From positions 3,782 to 67,781 of the forward strand of contig DBFSAO010000141.1 of assembly GCA_048500675.1 (NCBI GenBank): 64,000 nt of DNA, given 5' to 3'. Source of the DNA: Collinsella sp. Its GTDB lineage: Bacteria; Actinomycetota; Coriobacteriia; Coriobacteriales; Coriobacteriaceae. The notes under the pieces are model-generated. The model was not told the origin of the DNA. It was given only the letters and a program-made list of their open reading frames with translations, and made no database searches. Shown one piece after another: positions 1-9,800 of this stretch (within the stretch, counting starts at the first letter, position 1; each line of letters begins with the position of its first letter). A program made the position numbers and the translations under genes.

Positions 1-434
1 TCGAGCACCATATGCGTACGGCGGTCGCTGGCGGCAGCCTGTGCCAAGGCGCGGCGCAGGGCCAACGCAATCGAGCTCGACACAAGCGAGACCACAAACA
101 TGATGAAGAACATGCCGGGATAGACGCGGTCGATAAACGACAGCGAGTAGCGCGGATCGACAAACAAGAAGTTGTAGAGCGCCGCGGCGGCAGCCGAGCT
201 CAGCAAGCAATACAGGCGGCTCCAGGTGAAAAAGGCACACAGCTGCACGGCAAGCACATAGACGATCATGATGCTCGGCGCGAGACCCGGATGGTCGAGT
301 AGCGCGCCCACAATCGTCGCCGCGACCAGCAGCCCCACCGATACGCAGGCGTCATACAGAGGGCTGCGGCGCGTCAGCGTTGTGCGCCGCCACCAAAAGT
401 TATCGGCAATATCGCCGTCCGCACGGACGTCCAT
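1..434 (-). CDS. Sensor-kinase-like membrane protein, N-terminal DUF4118/KdpD-type membrane domain (partial, continues past window start)
   Basis: Not in the ORF track because there is no stop in the window. Manual reverse translation from ATG at 434-432 gives MDVRADGDIADNFWWRR...ALYNFLFVDPRYSLSFIDRVYPGMFFIMFVV. It has hydrophobic helices plus the FxFVxPR[YF]S motif typical of KdpD-type membrane domains. Confidence 0.5.
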   Translation of the reverse strand, partial: MDVRADGDIADNFWWRRTTLTRRSPLYDACVSVGLLVAATIVGALLDHPGLAPSIMIVYVLAVQLCAFFTWSRLYCLLSSAAAAALYNFLFVDPRYSLSFIDRVYPGMFFIMFVVSLVSSSIALALRRALAQAAASDRRTHMVL

Positions 435-465
435 CAGCGCCCCGCCCCTCTCTCAAAAACAAAAA

Positions 466-498
466 CCACCACAAAGGGACAGGCACCTTTGTGGTGGT
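466..498 (-). terminator. Hairpin CCACCACAAAGG-N8-CCTTTGTGGTGG with a T-run on the minus strand; also repeat family T copy 1
   Basis: 12-bp stem. The minus strand continues GGTTTTTGTTTTTGAG. It lies just downstream of the kup/small-ORF unit, and a near-identical hairpin recurs at 50570-50602. Confidence 0.55.
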
Positions 499-547
499 TT
501 TCCCTCGTGGTGGTTCTAAGTGTAAAGCCTTCTACGACCGGCAGCCG

Positions 548-772
548 CTAGACAAACAGCACGTGCGCGAGCAGTGCGCACACGCACACCGCTCCAAATA
601 CCAGTGCCACGATCGAAATCACGCGATCGGCCATGTCCATGTTGGCACGATTCGTAAAGAACCGATCTTCGGCGGCGTCGGCACGTGCCTCACGCACCAT
701 CTCGGCAACCGCCTCGCGGCTATCAAGCATCTTTGCGTCCATGTTTGCCTCCTCGGTCTCAATCTTGTCCAT
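548..772 (-). CDS. Small hypothetical membrane protein (74 aa, C-terminal TM helix)
   Basis: ORF track. Composition is unbiased (not Arg/Ala-rich like the antisense artefacts), the C-terminus is hydrophobic (VISIVALVFGAVCVCALLAHVLFV), and a GGAG lies about 10 nt upstream. It sits directly downstream of kup. Confidence 0.35.
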   Translation of the reverse strand: MDKIETEEANMDAKMLDSREAVAEMVREARADAAEDRFFTNRANMDMADRVISIVALVFGAVCVCALLAHVLFV

Positions 773-803
773 CGAAAACCAACTCCGTGCAGCCTGTCGG
801 CGC

Positions 804-2831
804 CTACGGGCGCTCGTTGGGGGCCAGGCGCTGCATCTTGTTCACAGCCTTGAACTTGGTGAACAGCGGCACATACTCAAAGCTCACGTTGGAGTTCTCC
901 AGGCCATACCAGCGCGCCGGCGTACCGGCGGCGCGGCGGATGATGTACTTAAGCGTGATGGCCGTGCGCTCGCTCGGCTCCACGTCACTCTCGGGCGCCA
1001 GGAGCTTGCGGATCATGACGAACTTGAACGTGCCGATGTTGCCCGGATCCTTGTAGACCGAGTAGTCATGCGTCTGCGGCGGCAGCTCGCCAGTGGCAGC
1101 CAGGTCCTGAACAACCTGGCGCAGGTAGGCGTTCACGCGCTGGTTAACCTTGTAGCCCAGGTACAGATGCACGCGGAACACGTAGTCGGTGCCAAACGTC
1201 TCGACCGAATAGGCAAAGGTATGCGGTTCGTCCATGGTCTCGACGTTCACGAACCACCAGGCGCGGGCGCGCTTGGGATGCTTGTCCAGAATCGAATAGA
1301 CGATATCGCGGTCGATGTAGTCGGTATTGGTGTCCTTGGTCAGGTACACGATGTTGTCGCTCATGGGCTCGTAGCGATCGTCGTCGCGCAGGCGCTTGAG
1401 CTGCGGCAGATAGCTGCGCAGCGGCAGCAGCGTAAACTGACGCCGCTCGACCGCCGTACCGTTGTACCAGCACACCATAACGCCCATGATGAGCATGGCC
1501 ATAAGGATGGTGAAGTAGCCGCCGTGGAAGAACTTGGTGAGCGAGCTCACGAAGAAGAAGCCTTCGAGCAAAAGGAAGAAGGCCGCGAAGATCCACGGAG
1601 CAACCTTGAGCTTGCGCTCCTCGTGCAGGTAGAAGAAGAGCAGCAGCGTGGTGCACATCATAGTCAGCGTAATGGCAAGGCCGTAGGCGGCTTCCATATG
1701 CGCCGAGTTCTGGAACAGCAGCACCACGATGACGCAGCCGACAAGCATGACGTTGTTGACCATGGGGATGTAGAGCTGGCCCTTGGTCTCGGCAGGGTAG
1801 AAGACCTGCATGTGCGGCATAAGGTCCAGGCGGCTGGCCTCGGACACCAGCGAGAATGCGCCGGTGATGAGCGCCTGCGAGGCAATGATGGCCGCGACGG
1901 TGGAAAGGCCGACGGCAAAGGGACGCAGGCCCGGGGTGAGCATCTGGTAGAAGGGGTTGAGGTCGGCGATACCCATGAGCTCGGGGTTGGCGGCGTTGTT
2001 GATAAGCCAAGCGCCCTGGCCCATATAGGAAAGCAGCAGACAGCACTTAACGAACGGCCAGGTTGCGTAGATGTTGCCGCGGCCCACGTGACCCATGTCG
2101 GAATAGAGCGCCTCGGCACCGGTGGTGGCAAGGAAGCAGCTGCCCAGAATCATGATGCCCGCGTGGTTGTTGGGGCTTAGCAAAAAGGCGATGCCGCGCA
2201 CCGGGTTGAGGCACAGCAGCACGGCGGGGTGCTGGAAGACAAAGAACAGACCCGTGCCGCCCAAGAACAGGAACCACAGCGTCATGATGGGGCCAAAGGC
2301 GTGACCGATCTTGGCCGTACCGATACGTTGTACCAAGAAGAGCGCAATGATGATGGCAAGCGTGATGGCCACGACGCGGCCCTGATCGTCACCCAACACG
2401 GCATGGACCGCCGGGATGGTGCGCAGACCCTCGATGGCCGTGGTTACGGTAACGGCGGGCGTCAGGATGCCGTCAGCGAGCAATGCGGCGCCGCCCAGCA
2501 TGGCGGGGATGATGAGCCACTTGCCGCAACGCTTGACCAGGCTGTACAGGGCAAAGATACCGCCCTCGCCGTGGTTGTCGGCGCGCAGCGAGATCAGCAC
2601 GTACTTGACGGTCGTCAGCAGCGTGACCGTCCACACGACAAGGGAGAGCGCGCCGAGCACGAACTCCTCCGTCACGCTTCCGATGCCGCCGTTGCCGGCA
2701 ACGAGCGCCTTGGTTACATACATAGGGCTGGTGCCGATATCGCCGTACACCACGCCCAGCGTGACGAGCATCGCCGAGATGCTCACAGGAATCGCAGCGT
2801 GCGAGGCTGCCTCCTTGGCCTTTTGTTCCAT
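804..2831 (-). CDS. kup: KUP/HAK/KT family potassium uptake protein
   Basis: The translation has the family N-terminus LGVVYGDIGTSPMYV and about 12 TM segments plus a cytosolic C-domain. ATG at 2831 is preceded by GGGAGGA; the track start at 2849 is a less likely TTG. Confidence 0.9.
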   Translation of the reverse strand: MEQKAKEAASHAAIPVSISAMLVTLGVVYGDIGTSPMYVTKALVAGNGGIGSVTEEFVLGALSLVVWTVTLLTTVKYVLISLRADNHGEGGIFALYSLVKRCGKWLIIPAMLGGAALLADGILTPAVTVTTAIEGLRTIPAVHAVLGDDQGRVVAITLAIIIALFLVQRIGTAKIGHAFGPIMTLWFLFLGGTGLFFVFQHPAVLLCLNPVRGIAFLLSPNNHAGIMILGSCFLATTGAEALYSDMGHVGRGNIYATWPFVKCCLLLSYMGQGAWLINNAANPELMGIADLNPFYQMLTPGLRPFAVGLSTVAAIIASQALITGAFSLVSEASRLDLMPHMQVFYPAETKGQLYIPMVNNVMLVGCVIVVLLFQNSAHMEAAYGLAITLTMMCTTLLLFFYLHEERKLKVAPWIFAAFFLLLEGFFFVSSLTKFFHGGYFTILMAMLIMGVMVCWYNGTAVERRQFTLLPLRSYLPQLKRLRDDDRYEPMSDNIVYLTKDTNTDYIDRDIVYSILDKHPKRARAWWFVNVETMDEPHTFAYSVETFGTDYVFRVHLYLGYKVNQRVNAYLRQVVQDLAATGELPPQTHDYSVYKDPGNIGTFKFVMIRKLLAPESDVEPSERTAITLKYIIRRAAGTPARWYGLENSNVSFEYVPLFTKFKAVNKMQRLAPNERP

Positions 2832-2952
2832 AAGCCGGTTTCCTCCCAACTTTAATGTTCGAAGGAATTATAGGTAATCGGCCCATGTTTGAATGGCACT
2901 GTTTTCCCAGCTAGATAAAGATTTATACAGTCTTTAGGCTACCGCGGCGATA

Positions 2953-2988
2953 TGTGATGTGACAAAGGGACTATCCCCTTGTCACATT
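2953..2988. repeat. Repeat family S copy 1 (hairpin TGTGACAAAGGGA-N-TCCCCTTGTCACA)
   Basis: Abuts the stop codon of the nitroreductase gene. A near-identical 36-mer lies at 38600-38635, abutting the stop of an ABC gene. Confidence 0.6.
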
Positions 2989-2990
2989 CG

Positions 2991-3866
2991 TCATTTTCCA
3001 AGCCAGTTTTTGAACCACCACTCCATGGAGCGGCTCATCTCGGCCATAAAGGGACTGGTGTGCTTGCGGGTATAGATGTCCACGACGCGCTCCCCCACCT
3101 CGCGGGCGTGCGGACGGAACATCGTGTCCATCTCGGCCACCTGCGCATCCATGGTCGCGGCATCCGCACGGCAGTAGCGCTCCTCGTGCACCAGGTTCAC
3201 CACGGGGTGCGCGATCGCCGGGCGCTCCTTGCGGGGCGTGCCGATGATGAGCATCGACAGCGGCATGGTATAGGTAGGCAGATCGAGCAGCTCGGCGACT
3301 TCCTCGGCATTCTCGACGATGTCGCCAATGTAGCAGCTCCCCAGGCCTAGGGCCTCGGCGGCAACCACAGCGTTTTGCGCGGCGATCACGGCGTCCTGGG
3401 CCGCGATGGCAAAGTCGCCCAAACCCGGCGCGCGGCGGGGCACCTTGCCCGTGCGCTCGACAAACTCGGGCTCAAAGCAGCCCACGTGCTCAAACAGATC
3501 GATCCACTTTGCATAATCGACCACAAATATGAGTGCCCAGGGCGCCTTGGCAATCATGGGTTGGTGGTCGCACAGGTCGGCCAGACGGTCCAGCGTAGCC
3601 TGCTCGCGAATGCTCACGATGGAATACATCATCATGGCGCCTGCCGACGGCGCACGGCTCGCCGCGTGCAGAATCGCTGCCCGCTGCTCGTCGGTCACCG
3701 CCACGGGACGGTCATCGTCATCGCGCGCAAAGGCACGCGTGGACGAGCGGTGCTCCAAGATGTCCAGCACAGCGCTACCCGTAGTCTCGACCGGATAACC
3801 GTTCGCATCCACGCCCGCAGCTCCGCCGCAGTACCCGGCACCCGTCATACAAACCTGCTCGCCCAT
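2991..3866 (-). CDS. Nitroreductase family protein
   Basis: The motif LDILEHRSSTRAF and overall layout are typical of the NADH oxidase/flavin reductase (nitroreductase) fold. Confidence 0.8.
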   Translation of the reverse strand: MGEQVCMTGAGYCGGAAGVDANGYPVETTGSAVLDILEHRSSTRAFARDDDDRPVAVTDEQRAAILHAASRAPSAGAMMMYSIVSIREQATLDRLADLCDHQPMIAKAPWALIFVVDYAKWIDLFEHVGCFEPEFVERTGKVPRRAPGLGDFAIAAQDAVIAAQNAVVAAEALGLGSCYIGDIVENAEEVAELLDLPTYTMPLSMLIIGTPRKERPAIAHPVVNLVHEERYCRADAATMDAQVAEMDTMFRPHAREVGERVVDIYTRKHTSPFMAEMSRSMEWWFKNWLGK

Positions 3867-4080
3867 AGCTCTATCCTCGCCAATTCTTTAAGAAGCCTTT
3901 ACGTTTCCGTGTAATTCCCGTCCATTATCGCGCAGGCCGCCACTACATTGCGCCACACCGCCGCACATGCGCGTTAATATGGCTGGTTGTTGTGCGCAGC
4001 CCGCAAATGCAGCGCATATTTAGGTAACAATCGGGTAAACCCCCGCTTTCGTAGGTTTTAAGTTTGTGAGGAGTCTCAGC

Positions 4081-6381
4081 ATGTTCGCTGCCGCCATCTC
4101 GCTCGTCGGTCTTGCGGCGACCGTCTACCTTGTCTTGCGCGAGGCCAAGGCCATTCGCGCTCAGTCGGGCACCGTCACCAAGGGCGCCTTCGCCTGGAGC
4201 GTCGCCTTTGGCCTGTTCCAGCTCTTTTTGACCGTCTGGGGCGCTATTGGTCTCGTCGCGCAAAACGAGCCGCTCGCCTTTGTGATGCTCATCCTGACCA
4301 ATGCCATCCTCACCGGCTGCGCTTGGGCCAGCATCGCCCGCGACCGCATCGCCCCGCGCGTCTTTGCGTTCGCCAAGCCCGACGCCCCCGCCCCCACCGG
4401 CAAGCTCGCCCGCCTGCGCGGCGCCTTTGTGGGCAAACCGCTCGTCGCCGCCGTCCTGTGCCTGCTGCTCGCCGGCGTTTTTGCGCTGCTGGGCATGGAG
4501 GTTTCGTCCAACCACGACTTTACCTGGGTCTACCCCCTATGCATCCTGCTCGAGTGGGCCATCATCACCACGCTCATGGTCGGCCTGTTCTTCCTGTTCC
4601 AGCACCACGGCGCAGCTCCCGCGGTCCTGGCCTTTGCCCTCTTTGTCCTGGGCATTGCCGAGTTCTTCGTCATCACGTTTAAATCCATGCCCATCCAGCC
4701 GGGTGACCTTTCGGCCATCTCCACTGCCGCCGCGGTCGCCGGCACCGGCTACACCTTCTCCATCTCGCTGTTCTGCGTGCTGTCCATGGGCTTTACCGCC
4801 ATCGCCATGCTGCTGTGCGAGTACGCCGGCCTAGTCGCACCGCATCGCCAGAAGGGCGCCGCCAACGCCAAGCGCATGCTGCTCACCAACCTGCTCGTCG
4901 CCGTACTGTGCCTGGGCGGTGTGACCGCACACGTCACGCTCATCGACTACTACAACACCCTCGGCATCACCGTCTACACCTGGCGCCCGCTCGAGAGCTA
5001 CTGGCGCGAGGGCTACCTGCCCGCTTTCATTAGCGCAGCGCAGTCCATCAAGCCGCCCAAACCCGCCGACTACTCCGTCGACGATGCCAAGGCCACGCTC
5101 AAAAAGTACGCCAAGGCCTACGACAAGTCCGACGCGGCCAAAAGCGACGAGCGCGCCGCCGCAAAGGAGCAGTTCGACAGCGAGAAGCCCACGGTCATCG
5201 CCATCATGAACGAGACCTTCTCAGACCTTTCCATCTACCAGAACATGCGCGCCGGCTACGAAGGCCCGCAGTACTTTAAGAACCTGTCCAACTGCCTCAG
5301 CCGCGGCAAGCTCTACGTGAGCGCCTACGGCGGCGGCACCGCCAATACCGAGTTTGAGTTTATGACCGGCAACTCCATGGCCAACCTGGGCTCGGGCGTG
5401 TACCCCTACACCATCTACAACATGGAAACGACCGGGAATCTGGCAGAGCAGTTCAAGTCGCTCGGCTATTCCACCACCGCCATGCACCCCAACCACGCAA
5501 CCAACTGGAACCGCGAGAACGTCTACAAGGACTTTGGCTTTGACCAGTTCCTGTCCATCAACGACTTCCAGGGCGCCGATACCCTGCGCGGGATGGTGAC
5601 CGACCAGGCTACCTACGACAAGATTCTTGAGCTGCTCGACCAGAACGCCGATCCTCAGTTTATCTTCGACGTGACCATGCAGAACCACTCGGGCTACGAC
5701 ACGGGCCTGCTGCCGGTCGACAAGCAGATGCATCTGAATATCGACACGACCGACCTGGACGCCAAGACCGTCGAGGACGGCACGCTGTCCGATGTCGACG
5801 AGTATGTCTCGTGCATCGAGCAGTCCGACCAGGCACTGCGCTACTTCCTCAATGCTCTGAGCAAGCTCGACCGCAAGGTTGTCGTGGTGTTCTGGGGCGA
5901 CCACCAGCCGTTCTTCCCGTCCAAGTTCAACGATAAGTGGTTTACCGGCGAGGACGACGCCACCCACCAGGAGCGCTTGTGGCAGACCGACTACATCATC
6001 TGGGCCAACTACGACGTTGCCGGCTGCGACCAGACGAGTGAGACCGACGACCTGTCCACCAACTACTTGTCCACCCAGCTGATGCAACTGATCGGCGCAC
6101 CGCTGACCGACTACCAGAAAGCGCACATGACGCTGCGCGAGTCGCTGCCCGCCATCAACTCGGTCGGCTACGAGGACGCCAGCCTGCGCTGGGCGCTCTC
6201 CTCCAACGTCACCGGTGACGACGACGCCGCCGCTGCCGCCACCAAGGCACGCGAGGATTACGCCAAGATGCAGTACTACGAGATGTTCCGCGACGGCAAG
6301 AACGTCTATACGGAGCACTTCCAGACCGAGGCCAACGAGACCGATCCCAACCTGGCGCCGGGCACGACCAAGATCAAGTAG
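4081..6381 (+). CDS. LTA synthase family / sulfatase-like phosphoglycerol transferase (multi-TM N-terminus plus extracellular sulfatase-fold domain)
   Basis: About 5 or more N-terminal TM helices, then IAIMNETFSDLS and NTEFEFMTGNS motifs characteristic of LtaS/MdoB-type enzymes. ATG at 4081 is preceded by GAGGAG; the track start is GTG at 4066. Confidence 0.8.
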   Translation: MFAAAISLVGLAATVYLVLREAKAIRAQSGTVTKGAFAWSVAFGLFQLFLTVWGAIGLVAQNEPLAFVMLILTNAILTGCAWASIARDRIAPRVFAFAKPDAPAPTGKLARLRGAFVGKPLVAAVLCLLLAGVFALLGMEVSSNHDFTWVYPLCILLEWAIITTLMVGLFFLFQHHGAAPAVLAFALFVLGIAEFFVITFKSMPIQPGDLSAISTAAAVAGTGYTFSISLFCVLSMGFTAIAMLLCEYAGLVAPHRQKGAANAKRMLLTNLLVAVLCLGGVTAHVTLIDYYNTLGITVYTWRPLESYWREGYLPAFISAAQSIKPPKPADYSVDDAKATLKKYAKAYDKSDAAKSDERAAAKEQFDSEKPTVIAIMNETFSDLSIYQNMRAGYEGPQYFKNLSNCLSRGKLYVSAYGGGTANTEFEFMTGNSMANLGSGVYPYTIYNMETTGNLAEQFKSLGYSTTAMHPNHATNWNRENVYKDFGFDQFLSINDFQGADTLRGMVTDQATYDKILELLDQNADPQFIFDVTMQNHSGYDTGLLPVDKQMHLNIDTTDLDAKTVEDGTLSDVDEYVSCIEQSDQALRYFLNALSKLDRKVVVVFWGDHQPFFPSKFNDKWFTGEDDATHQERLWQTDYIIWANYDVAGCDQTSETDDLSTNYLSTQLMQLIGAPLTDYQKAHMTLRESLPAINSVGYEDASLRWALSSNVTGDDDAAAAATKAREDYAKMQYYEMFRDGKNVYTEHFQTEANETDPNLAPGTTKIK

Positions 6382-6400
6382 CGAGTCCTTCGACCTGGTT

Positions 6401-6531
6401 CGTCTGCCCGGCGGCGCGGAATGTTAGGTTCCCTGCTCGGGCAGTCCTGCTCGCACGGAGAGCACATTAAGTGCTCTCCGGCTCGTGCGGAACTCGCGAT
6501 GAACCTTACATTCCGCGCCGCCGGGCAGACG
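6401..6531 (+). repeat. Long imperfect palindrome, family P copy 1 (131 bp)
   Basis: The outer arms CGTCTGCCCGGCGGCGCGGAATGT... are self-complementary, with an apical hairpin GGAGAGCACATTAAGTGCTCTCC. It starts 20 bp after the ltaS-like stop. Its reverse complement aligns to 11479-11607. Confidence 0.8.
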
Positions 6532-6594
6532 CCTTGTTGTTGGGACGTGGCTTGTCTTGGGAGTATCTGCAACATATATAGATATAGATGAGTT

Positions 6595-6625
6595 GAAGGC
6601 CACGTTGTGTGGCCTTCTTTGTTTG
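6595..6625 (+). terminator. Intrinsic terminator GAAGGCCAC-N5-GTGGCCTTC plus TTTGTTTG
   Basis: 9-bp stem followed by a T-run on the plus strand, downstream of the ltaS-like gene. The same stem sequence forms the apical hairpin of P2 (11530-11552). Confidence 0.6.
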
Positions 6626-6736
6626 CGGAAAGCGCGTCCCGGAATCTGACGTTGGAATGGGATGTAGTTTCCGGTTGAGGGTCTGTTGGGAAAGTGCGTC
6701 CCACTTTGGGGGCTGATTCTGGGATGTAGTTTCCGG
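6626..6736. repeat. Partial array (about 2 units) of the 62-bp hairpin repeat
   Basis: TGGGATGTAGTTTCCGG-N12-TGGGAAAGTGCGTCCCA-CTTTGGGGGCTGATTC-TGGGATGTAGTTTCCGG. Same unit and same orientation as the array at 10940-11435. Confidence 0.75.
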
Positions 6737-6757
6737 TTGCCGAGTCTTTGCTCGATA

Positions 6758-6797
6758 GAAAACCCGGGTAGCCTGGTGGTTGGCTACCCGGGTTTTT
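6758..6797 (-). terminator. Hairpin AACCCGGGTAGCC-N8-GGCTACCCGGGTT flanked by A/T runs
   Basis: 13-bp perfect stem about 30 bp downstream of the 1373-aa gene stop, with runs on both sides (bidirectional). Confidence 0.65.
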
Positions 6798-6823
6798 GGT
6801 TTGCCGTTGCCCCCTGCTGATGG

Positions 6824-9800
6824 CTAGTGGTTCTTGCGGCGTTTAGCCAACATGACGAGGGCTATTGCCACTAGGATGATGCCTGCTGCTGCAGCGGTGG
6901 CGACCAGGGCGAATGTTTGGTCGCCGGTGTTTGCGAGGTTCTTCGCTGTGGTCGTAGTCTTGACCTTGGTGTCGGTCTTAGCTCCATTGTCGGACTTGGG
7001 CTTGTCCGGGTTCGTCGGGGTCTCAGGAGTCTCGGGGTCCTTTGAGCCTTCGGAATCAGTGGAGCCGGCGGTGTTCACCAACGTGTGATCCAGGAACTTC
7101 TTGGCACCCGCGCTTGCCCGCTTGAACAGGCGCGTGCGGATCGGGGTGGCGTTCACCGTTGTGGGCGCCGTCTCCTCGGCCTCGATATTCACGAGCGTCG
7201 TGCCGGTGTCGAGGCCCACGTCGTTGTATCCCACGTGGCAGTAATACTGCGCACCGTCATCGTCTGCGGTCAGGTCAATCTCGAGCTTTGAGGCCGTTCC
7301 AGCCGCGAGGTTGCCATCGGCACCCACGAGCTTAAACTCTGTCTCGCCGCGGCCCTTGCGGTACCACATATAGGTCGGTGCCAGCCCTGTTTCGCTATCG
7401 TCGGCACCGAGTTGCTTCACATGGCCAATCGCCGAGAGCGTCAGGTGGCTTCCCGCCGTGCGCTCAACCGAAGAGTCGTATCCAAGATCCGACCCCTCCG
7501 CAGCATCCGCCGCAGGTCCGCTCACGGTCATCGTCATGCCATCGGGCATGGTCTTGACCGTGATGATTGCCGAGCGAATACCTGTTTCGGTCGTGGATCC
7601 ATTCTTAACGGCGGCGATGGCGAATCGATACTCCGTATTGGGCTGCAGCCCATCCCACTTGAGCGAGGTCTGCGTGTTGTCGGCAATCTTCCAGCTATTG
7701 ACGACCGCATCCGCCGCATTGCTCTGCAGCATGCCAACGCCGTAGCTAAAGCCACTCTTGTTTGCAAGTACATCGTCCCAGCTAAACGTAACGCTGGTCG
7801 AATCGACGGCGTTTGCCGTAAAGCCCGTCACGGCCGGCGCGTCGGGCATCTCGACGTCCTTAACGTCATAGCCCACGATCCAGAACTGGTCGGTGTCCTT
7901 GGTGCCGAGCTTGTCGCCCGAGTCTGCCTCGAACTTGTCGACATCCACCGCGTTGACGCCCAGACGCCACACAAAACCGTACTTGCCCTGCGCGGCCTCG
8001 GGCAGGTTGTCGACGGTGCCGCCGTATTCGGTCGATTCACTCGAGGAGTTACCCGTAGTAAAGCCGGCGTTGGCACCAAAGCACAGGCCGCCAAACAACT
8101 CGTGCTTTGCGAGCTTCGCGCCCATGACAACGCTGCCGTTCAGCGTCAAGCCGAGCTCGAGCTCCTGCTCCTTGCCCTCCTCGACTTCGATGGTCTGCTC
8201 AATGCTCGCCCCCGACTGCGCGGCGGCGCCGTTAAACCCATCGTGCGTGTAGGCGCGCGTTACGCCAGGCTTGCCCAGGCCAAAGGAATCCCCAACGGGA
8301 GTCTCGCCGTTGAGCGTCGTTTGATAGGTTCCGGGTTCTCCCGACCGGTTGGTCAAAAAGTAGCTGAGCGGCGTCATATTGTGCTGTTTGGCAATGCGGT
8401 CATAGGCCTCGACATTAACGACCGAGGTATGCGCGCCGAGCGACACGGGCGCCGCCATCACGCCCTTGCCACCAGTTTCCTCATTTTCGATCTCATACTC
8501 GTAATAGACCATCGGAATCGTGTAGAGCACGGCCTTGTCACCCTCGCCGGCATGCGACTCATAGCTTACGCTTGCGCTGACCGTGCGCTCGCTCCGGTAG
8601 TCATAGCATCCCTCGGCGGCAAAATCGACTGAAGCATTCATCGCGACCAGGGGCGGACCGGTCTGCACCTCGACGGCAACGCCCAACTCGGCGCCAATGG
8701 TATAGCCCTGGGATGTCCCCGTGCCCTTTTCCTCTCCGTATGACGTGCCGCCCAACACCAGATAGCCGTATGCCTGCTCCAGATCCTCAACATAGGGCGC
8801 ATCCTGCAGCACGGCAAGCACGCGCGGGTTGGTATAGACCTTGTAGCGGTCCTTGTACGTGATCTTGACGCTGTCGTTGTCGACATCGGGCAGCGCGAGC
8901 GAGATAAATGTGCCGTAGGTAGTGCCGCGACGGTTGCTCTCGCTAATCACCTGCTCCTCGCCGCGGCGCACCTTTCCGTTCTCGTCGAGCGAAAAATGCG
9001 AGGCGGTCATCCAATAGTAGTCATCGTTCTTGCGCAGGTCCTCGTCGCGGTGCTTGCCCACCACGGCGATAAAGCTCTCGTTATAGCGGTCCGAACCCGA
9101 GACGCTGCCCGCCTTGACGTCGCTGATCCACACCTGCTCTATACCCTTGTGGTCATGCTTGTTGCTGCTGTTGTATTGCTGACCGCTCATGCTCATGGTT
9201 CCGACCATGGACCCCAAGCCCTGAGCCCCGCTCTGTGCCGTGTTGCAGGCAAAGTCGCGGAACACATCGCCGCCCACGAGCACCTCGTCGACCGCCAGCT
9301 GCTCGGACAGGCCGTCAAGGTTGGCAGTGGCAAGGGCAATAGGCGCCAAGGTGCACGGATAGCGCTTATCCTGAGCGCTATCCTTCCATGCGCTGTTGGG
9401 CGCATGCATCAGCCCATAGGAGGCGAGGAGCCCGTCTCTGTATTCCTTGCAATCGGAAAGCTTGAACTCGCCAGACTCCGAGTCAAAATACGCGTAGCGG
9501 TACAGCGCGCCGTACAGCCCCTTGCTGCCGTCAGAAGCGCCGTAATCAAAAGCGCTGCGTTGCCAGTCATAGCCCGCAAGAATAAGGCCCGTGACGGTTT
9601 CACCCGTCTTCTTTCCTTCTTCATCGTAGGCGGCAAACGTGCCGAACGTCGCATTCGCAGCGACCATGGTCTTGCCGTTCGCGGAGAGGGAGATTGCGCC
9701 CGCGTCGCCCAGAGCATCGACATGGACGAGCGCACCCTTGGATGCATCCCACGAAAACAGCTCGCAATGCGTCGACTTATCAATATTCTTCTTGCCGTAG

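Noticed and set aside
633-2180. 515-aa plus-strand ORF, and the other ORFs overlapping kup
   Set aside because: These are antisense to kup, whose translation carries the diagnostic KUP motifs, and their products are Arg/Ala/His-rich.
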